Source: Mobula hypostoma (taxonomy: Eukaryota). Taken from it: 64,000 nucleotides of DNA. The translations under genes and the position numbers were made by a program. The DNA is taken from the NCBI RefSeq assembly GCF_963921235.1, contig NC_086108.1, positions 99,326,001-99,390,000 on the forward strand, written 5' to 3'. This document shows positions 60,706 through 64,000 of this stretch, in pieces. The notes under the pieces were generated by a model. The model was not told the DNA's origin. It was given only the letters and a program-made list of their open reading frames with translations, and ran no database searches. Position 1 is the first letter of the stretch. Every line of letters begins with the position of its first letter.

Positions 60706-61749
60706 TTACATGAAAAGACCCAGAACCTGACAAGAAGTGTGATTCGAGGAGACATCAGAGACGGCAGAAGATGGAATCCAGAGTAATAAACAATCTGTGG
60801 AGGACCTCAGCAGGTTGAGCAGCATCTGTAAAGGAAAGGGTTTGCTGATGTTTCAGGCTGAAACACTGCATCAGGGCTAAAGAGCAATTCAGCTGAATTT
60901 CCAGGAATCTGACCTGTAAGGGAAGAAGGAGTTAGGAAGAACATGGAATGTGATTCAACCAACTGACAATGAAAGGGTTAAGTTGGAACTTCTGTCCCGG
61001 AGATTTCCAACGCAATGCAAACTGATGCAGAATTCTCACAGTAGTAGATAAACACATTTTCAAAGTGTTGCATCAAAAGATCAAGTGAAACCATAAAACA
61101 GTGTCCTCTATTATTTAGGGTAAAATAAGATGATAAAGAATTCACGAGAGTTCATTTTTTTTTACAATGGACAACATTGTAAAAGTTTATAAATAGAACT
61201 TATCATGGACAGTATACAATATGATAAATGTCTCCACTCATGAGGCCAGCCATCTCATTATCTGGTCAGCCACGCCGGAGATATTTATCAAATCTTAGCG
61301 TTGGTCATGAAATATTGTCTATTAATCATCACATCATGTGTTTTATTAGTACATATTCTTCCGTAACCTTAAGATATAAGTACCCAGATTAGAGTAGAGG
61401 GATCATTTATTTTGCTGATTCAAAGCAATCAGAATGCAGAAAACAAGGAAAAAGTATCTGGCATAAAGATTACAAGTTGCTCTGGTTAATCACGCTTTAG
61501 CTTCTTATTACAGTTATCGGCTTTACAAGTTGGGGTCTGGTTTAAATGGACACATAGATAACAGCGGCAGCTGAATGATGCAAATGACTCTTATTGTTCA
61601 TCATTTTTCCCAGAATTCACCATTCTGTCGATCATGTGCTGATGCACACCAATCCACAGGTAACTAAAGAACTCTTGTGTCCACGTGGTGCCTCTAAACC
61701 ACTCTACAGAAGTTCAATCGGCAATACAAGTGCTCAGCTTAAGATGGAG

Positions 61750-61900
61750 TTCCCACCCTCCCCCCACCTTCTTGATAGGGCCTCTGCCCCTTCCCTCCTC
61801 AGTCCTGACAAAGGGTTCCGGCCCGAAATGTTGACTGTTCGGTTCCACGGATGCTGCCCGTCCTGCTGAGTTCCTTCAGCATGCTGTGAGTGTTACTTTG
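61750..61900 (+). mobile_element. Penelope pLTR fragment with CpG-decayed hammerhead (61800-61837)
   Basis: CAGTC-CTGACAA-A-GGGTTCCGGCCC-GAA-ATGT-T-GACTG followed by the arm; possible TSD TTAAGATG(G/A)AG. Confidence 0.8.
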
Positions 61901-62823
61901 TGTTTAAGATGAAGATGTTAGTGGTGGGAGGATGATATTTAAAGTTTGCTTAAAGAGCTGCTTAATAATGATCTTAAGGAGGGAGAGTGACATGGTGGAA
62001 GATCAATCACATGTGACTTTGTCAGCAAAGGCATGGAATGTGGGATATCAGTGCCAACAGTCCTCCATTACAAGGAATCATTTCATTTCTGTGGAAACAT
62101 TACCCTGAATTAAAACTCAGCAGCTCCGATTTCCTCTCTTGTGTAAAGAAGGTCAGGAACTGCTAAGCACTGCATTAGCACCAAGATAAGAAAATTCAGA
62201 TTCAGATTCATTTATTTATCACATCTCAGAAACAATTACTTTCCCCGAGCAGAGCACACAAAGTGCTGGAGGGACTCAGCAGGCCAGGCAACATCTATGG
62301 AGAAGAGTACAGCTGATGTTTTAGGCCTGGGACCCTTCAGCAGTCCTGATCTTGAATGTACATTAAAATATACAGTGAAATACATCATTCTCATAAACAA
62401 CCAACTCAGCCTAAAGGTGTACTGGAGGCAGCCCGCAAGTGTCACCTCACATTCCGGCGCCAACGTAGCAGGCCCACAGTGGTCAGCAGAACAACACAAG
62501 TGGCTGGATTCCTTCCACATTCCAAAGACATACGGCTTAGATTTAGTGAGTTGTGGGCATGTGATGTTGACACCCGAAGTGTGGTGACACTTGCAGTCCG
62601 CTCAGTGCGATCCTCATTGATTTGATTCAAGTGTTTCGAGATAATTATGGAGAAGGATAGACCTGGTCCTTGGGTTGAGATTCTAAATAGGAGGAAAACC
62701 CACTTTCCGCTGGATCAGAAAGGATCTGACAAGTGTAGATTAGGGCAGGCTGTTTTCAGGCAAGTGCGTGCTTAGTAAATGGGAAGCCTTCAAAAGCAAA
62801 ATTTTGAAAGTGCAGAGCTTGTA

Positions 62824-63887
62824 CACCCAATGGCCACATTATTAGGTACCTTCTATTCCTAATAGAGTGGCCACTGAGTGTATATTCATGGCCTTCTGCT
62901 TCTGGAGCCATTTACTTCAAGGTTCAATGTTCTGTGCATTCAGAGTTGCTATTCTGCAGAGCACTGTTATAAATCATGGTTACTTGAGGTACTGTCACCT
63001 TCCAGTCAACTTGAAACACTTTGGCCATTCTACTCTGACCTTTCTCATTAACAGGGCACTTTTGTCCTCAGAACTGCCACTCACAAGATGTCTCTAGTTC
63101 TTTTGCGCCATTCTCTGTCAACTCTAAAGACTGTTGTACTTGAAAATCCTAAGAGATAAGAAGTTTATGAGATACTCAAATTACCCTGTCTGACTCCAAC
63201 AACCATTCCATGGTCAAAGTGTCAGTACCTCCAGTTGAACTCTGTCTTTTTGTGTGTTTCCCCCTAGCTGTCAGTCTGTGGTTTTCTATTGCCATGCACT
63301 CCTGTCCCAACTCCTGCTCTACTCTGGCCCCTGTATTACTGAGTACTCCATCTCTCATCTCCTTCTCATTATCACCTGTATTGCTGCCACCTGTGTCTCA
63401 TTGTGCTCCACCTATCATTTTCCTCCCTGTTTATTGCTCAGTGTATTTCAGTCCTGTGTTTTCACCTGCTTGTGGCCAGATTGTACCAATGAATTTTCCT
63501 GAGCCTTTCCAGCATTTATATTGACTCTGCCTGGTTCCTGATCCTGGTTTTTGGATTTCTCTGGATGTTTTGATTTCTGCCTAAACTTTGATGCTGACTT
63601 TGTTTGCATCTTGGGATTTGTTACTCAATTAATACCACTATGTGCACAGTACTGGGTCTGCGATTGGGTCCCCGCTCCAGCATCCTGATGGTACAATCTG
63701 GCCCCTGACACAAAGTTACTTGGGTCACATTTCTTCCCTGTTCTGATGTTTGGTCTGAACAGCAACTTGCCTCTTGACCATGTCAACGTGCATTTATGAA
63801 TTGAGTTGCTGCCATGTGATTGGCTGATTAGATCTTTGCATTAATAAGCAACTGTACAGATGTAACCAATAATGTGGCCACTGAGTG
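62824..63887 (-). mobile_element. Tc1-like deletion derivative inserted in a CR1 fragment (62640-64000), hosting an LTR
   Basis: TIRs CACCCAATGGCCACATTATTAGGTAC / AATAATGTGGCCACTGAGTG; antisense HTH region homologous to 53190-53450. Confidence 0.85.
63220..63710 (+). mobile_element. Tf1/sushi-like LTR plus PBS remnant with 5-bp TSD
   Basis: TGTCAG...CTGACA flanked by CAAAG (63215-63219 and 63711-63715). PBS GGTACAATCTGGCC is complementary to 63474-63487. Confidence 0.88.
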
Positions 63888-64000
63888 TGTGTTCCTCTCT
63901 GAATAAAAGGCAAGGATAACAGGGTTAGGGAACTTAGGTTTTTGAGAGATATTGAGGCCTTGTTTAAAAAGAAGAGTGAGGTGCATTGGAGGTATATGCA

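Noticed and set aside
1..64000. CRISPR arrays, operons or prokaryotic systems
   Set aside because: There are no regularly spaced repeats or gene-dense coding. The content is vertebrate interspersed repeats.

Overview
This window is eukaryotic, repeat-dominated, intergenic or intronic DNA. The repeat inventory (CR1 LINEs, HE1/V-type SINEs, Penelope-derived palindromes) suggests a cartilaginous fish, probably a ray or skate; this is inferred from repeat content only. I found no host protein-coding gene. Every ORF with recognisable homology is a transposon remnant: CR1 RT, Rex1/Babar RT, RTE C-terminus, Penelope GIY-YIG, Gypsy gag/protease, Tc1 HTH or hAT dimerisation domain. Many insertions are nested and keep exact target-site duplications (TSDs). 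Four signals stand out. (1) A family of about 15 Penelope-derived, often palindromic mini-elements carries a minimal type-I hammerhead ribozyme motif on each arm, with 13-14 bp TSDs in the youngest copies. (2) Two Tf1/sushi-type LTR elements have a primer-binding site complementary to their own predicted transcript 5' end (tRNA-independent self-priming); one is reduced to LTR+PBS between 5-bp TSDs. (3) RTE-type 5' ends carry a twister-like relic and a pseudoknot. (4) A 44-bp fold-back inversion sits at a CR1 5' truncation. Several repeat-free AT-rich islands look like candidate conserved non-coding elements. Boundaries of old repeats are approximate, and family names come from motif recognition, not database searches.
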